A DNA stretch of 64,000 nucleotides, from positions 1 to 64,000 of the forward strand of contig CAXHJY010000901.1 in assembly GCA_964016885.1 (NCBI GenBank). Direction: 5' to 3'. This document shows, piece by piece, positions 62,801-64,000 of the stretch (position 1 is its first letter; every line of letters begins with the position of its first letter). Under the pieces are notes generated by a model. That model was not told where the DNA came from. It ran no database searches and saw nothing but the letters and a program-made list of their open reading frames with translations. The position numbers and the translations under genes were made by a program. The stretch comes from Eledone cirrhosa. Taxonomy: Eukaryota.

Positions 62801-64000
62801 CTAAGCTAAGCTAAGCTAAGCTATCCTAAGCTAAGCTAAGCTAAGCTTTCCTAAGCTATCCTAAGCTAAGCTATTCTAAGCTAAGCTATCCTAAGCTATC
62901 CTAAGCTAAGCTATCCTAAGCTATCCTAAGCTAAGCTATCCTAAGCTATCCTAAGCTAAGCTATCCTAACCTAAGCTATCCTAAGCTATCCTAAGCTAAG
63001 CTATCCTAAGCTATCCTAAGCTAAGCTATCCTAAGCTATCCTAAGCTAAGCTAAGCTAAGCTATCCTAAACTAAGCTAAGCTATCCTAAGCTAAGCTAAG
63101 CTAAGCTATCCTAAGCTAAGCTAAGCTAAGCTAAGCTAAGCTATCCTAAGCTAAGCTAAGCTAAGCTATCCTAAGCTAAGCTAAGCTAAGCTAAGCTATC
63201 CTAAGCTAAGCTAAGCTAAGCTAAGCTAAGCTAAGCTATCCTAAGCTAAGCTAAGCTAAGCTATCCTAAGCCAAGCTAAGCTAAGCTATCCTAAGCCAAG
63301 CTAAGCTAAGCTATCCTAAGCTAAGCTAAGCTAAGCTATCCTAAGCTAAGCTAAGCTAAGCTATCCTAAGCTAAGCTAAGCTAAGCTATCCTAAGCTAAG
63401 CTAAGCTAAGCTATCCTAAGCTAAGCTAAGCTAAGCTATACTAAGCTAAGCTAAGCTAAGCTATCCTAAGCTAAGCTAAGCTAAGCTATCCTAAGCTAAG
63501 CTAAGCTAAGCTATCCTAAGCTAAGCTAAGCTATCCTAAGCTAAGCTATCCTAAGCTAAGCTAAGCTAAGCTATCCTAAGCTACGCTAAGCTAAGCTATC
63601 CTAAGCTAAGCTAAGCTATCCTAAGCTAAGCTAAGCTAAGCTATCCTAAGCTAAGCTAAGCTATCCTAAGCTAAGCTAAGCTAAGCTATCCTAAGCTAAG
63701 CTAAGCTAAGCTATCCTAAGCTAAGCTAAGCTAAACTATCCTAAGCTAAGCTAAGCTATCCTAAGCTAAGCTAAGCTAAGCTAAGCTAAGCTAAGCTAAG
63801 CTAAGCTTTCCTAAGCTATCCTAAGCTAAGCTATCCTAAGCTAAGCTAAGCTAAGCTATCCTAAGCTAAGCTAAGCTATCCTAAGCTAAGCTAAGCTAAG
63901 CTATCCTAAGCTAAGCTATCCTAAGCTATCCTAAGCTAAGCTATCCTAAGCTATCCTAAGCTAAGCTATCCTAAGCTAAGCTATTCTAAGCTAAGCTAAG
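50820..64000 (+). repeat. ~13 kb block, copy 2 (direct repeat of ~10100-23270), truncated by the window end
   Basis: Same ordered variants as 10100-23270, including the internal ~2.5 kb tandem duplication. Confidence 0.92.
59230..64000 (+). repeat. Tandem duplication of a ~2.5 kb unit (homologue of 18480-23500)
   Basis: CTGAG 59641/62161, CAAAG 60236/62726, CCAAG pair 60786/63271. Confidence 0.9.

Larger units (their letters stand above)
1..64000. repeat. Compound pentameric satellite array (CTAAG)n interspersed with CTATC; minus strand (TTAGC)n-TTAGG-ATAGC; runs off both window ends
   Basis: Every line parses as CTAAG/CTATC pentamers or one-base variants (CTAAC, CTCTC, CTTTC, CTAAT, CCAAG, CAAAG, GTAAG, CTGTC, CTGAG, CTATT, CGATC, CTAGG etc.). 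The 5-bp register shifts only at 20 four-base CTAC units. 20 one-base shifts return to the starting phase, as seen at position 64000. Confidence 0.99.

Noticed and set aside
1-64000. Protein-coding ORFs on either strand
   Set aside because: Minus strand: both CTTAG and GATAG contain TAG, giving a stop in every frame about every 15 nt. Plus strand: each CTAAG contains TAA and the 5-bp period cycles through all frames. ATG occurs only in a handful of CTATG variants.
1-64000. CRISPR array or other prokaryotic repeat-spacer system
   Set aside because: There are no unique spacers, leader or cas genes. Variation is confined to pentamer order and point variants.
1-64000. Synthetic or binary-encoded DNA, or a low-complexity sequencing artefact
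   Set aside because: Point variants and the 1-bp deletion are inherited in nested, tree-like fashion with private differences between copies (e.g. GTATC 6249, CCATC 6739, ATAAG 20730 and 59406), as expected for natural satellite evolution. Mis-assembly of individual large blocks cannot be excluded without reads.
1-64000. Canonical telomerase-made (TTAGG)n tract or G-quadruplex array
   Set aside because: TTAGG is almost never tandem (at most two units), GG dinucleotides are 10-25 nt apart with essentially no G3 runs, and multi-kb exact copies are not expected from de novo telomerase addition.
1-64000. Transposon or retroelement insertions, or inversions, within the array
   Set aside because: I saw no non-repeat sequence and no switch to CTTAG/GATAG on the plus strand anywhere.
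1-64000. Clusters of regulatory motifs (GATA-like GATAG on the minus strand, branch-point-like CTAAC/CTAAT, AluI/DdeI/BlpI sites)
   Set aside because: These follow automatically from the monomer. The context is GGATAG rather than WGATAR, and there is no independent evidence of function. The restriction sites are useful only as experimental handles.

Overview
The whole 64 kb window is one uninterrupted, single-orientation, non-coding satellite array built from two pentamers, A = CTAAG (majority) and B = CTATC (both 40% GC), plus sparse single-base variant pentamers. I found no genes, RNA genes, transposons or unique sequence. The array is strongly hierarchical. Pentamers form a 10-bp obligate BA doublet, which forms two alternative 25-bp words (AAAAB and AABAB), then a ~0.5 kb variant-marked cassette recurring every ~1-4.5 kb, then tandem duplications of ~1, ~2.5 and ~4.8 kb, and finally near-identical 13-14 kb blocks offset by ~24.9 and ~40.7 kb. 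On the minus strand it reads (TTAGC)n-TTAGG-ATAGC, which is related to the arthropod telomere motif TTAGG. It is most likely eukaryotic (peri)centromeric, heterochromatic or telomere-derived satellite DNA, but organism and chromosomal location cannot be determined from the sequence. Block boundaries were mapped by eye from rare variants and are approximate (about +/-100 bp).
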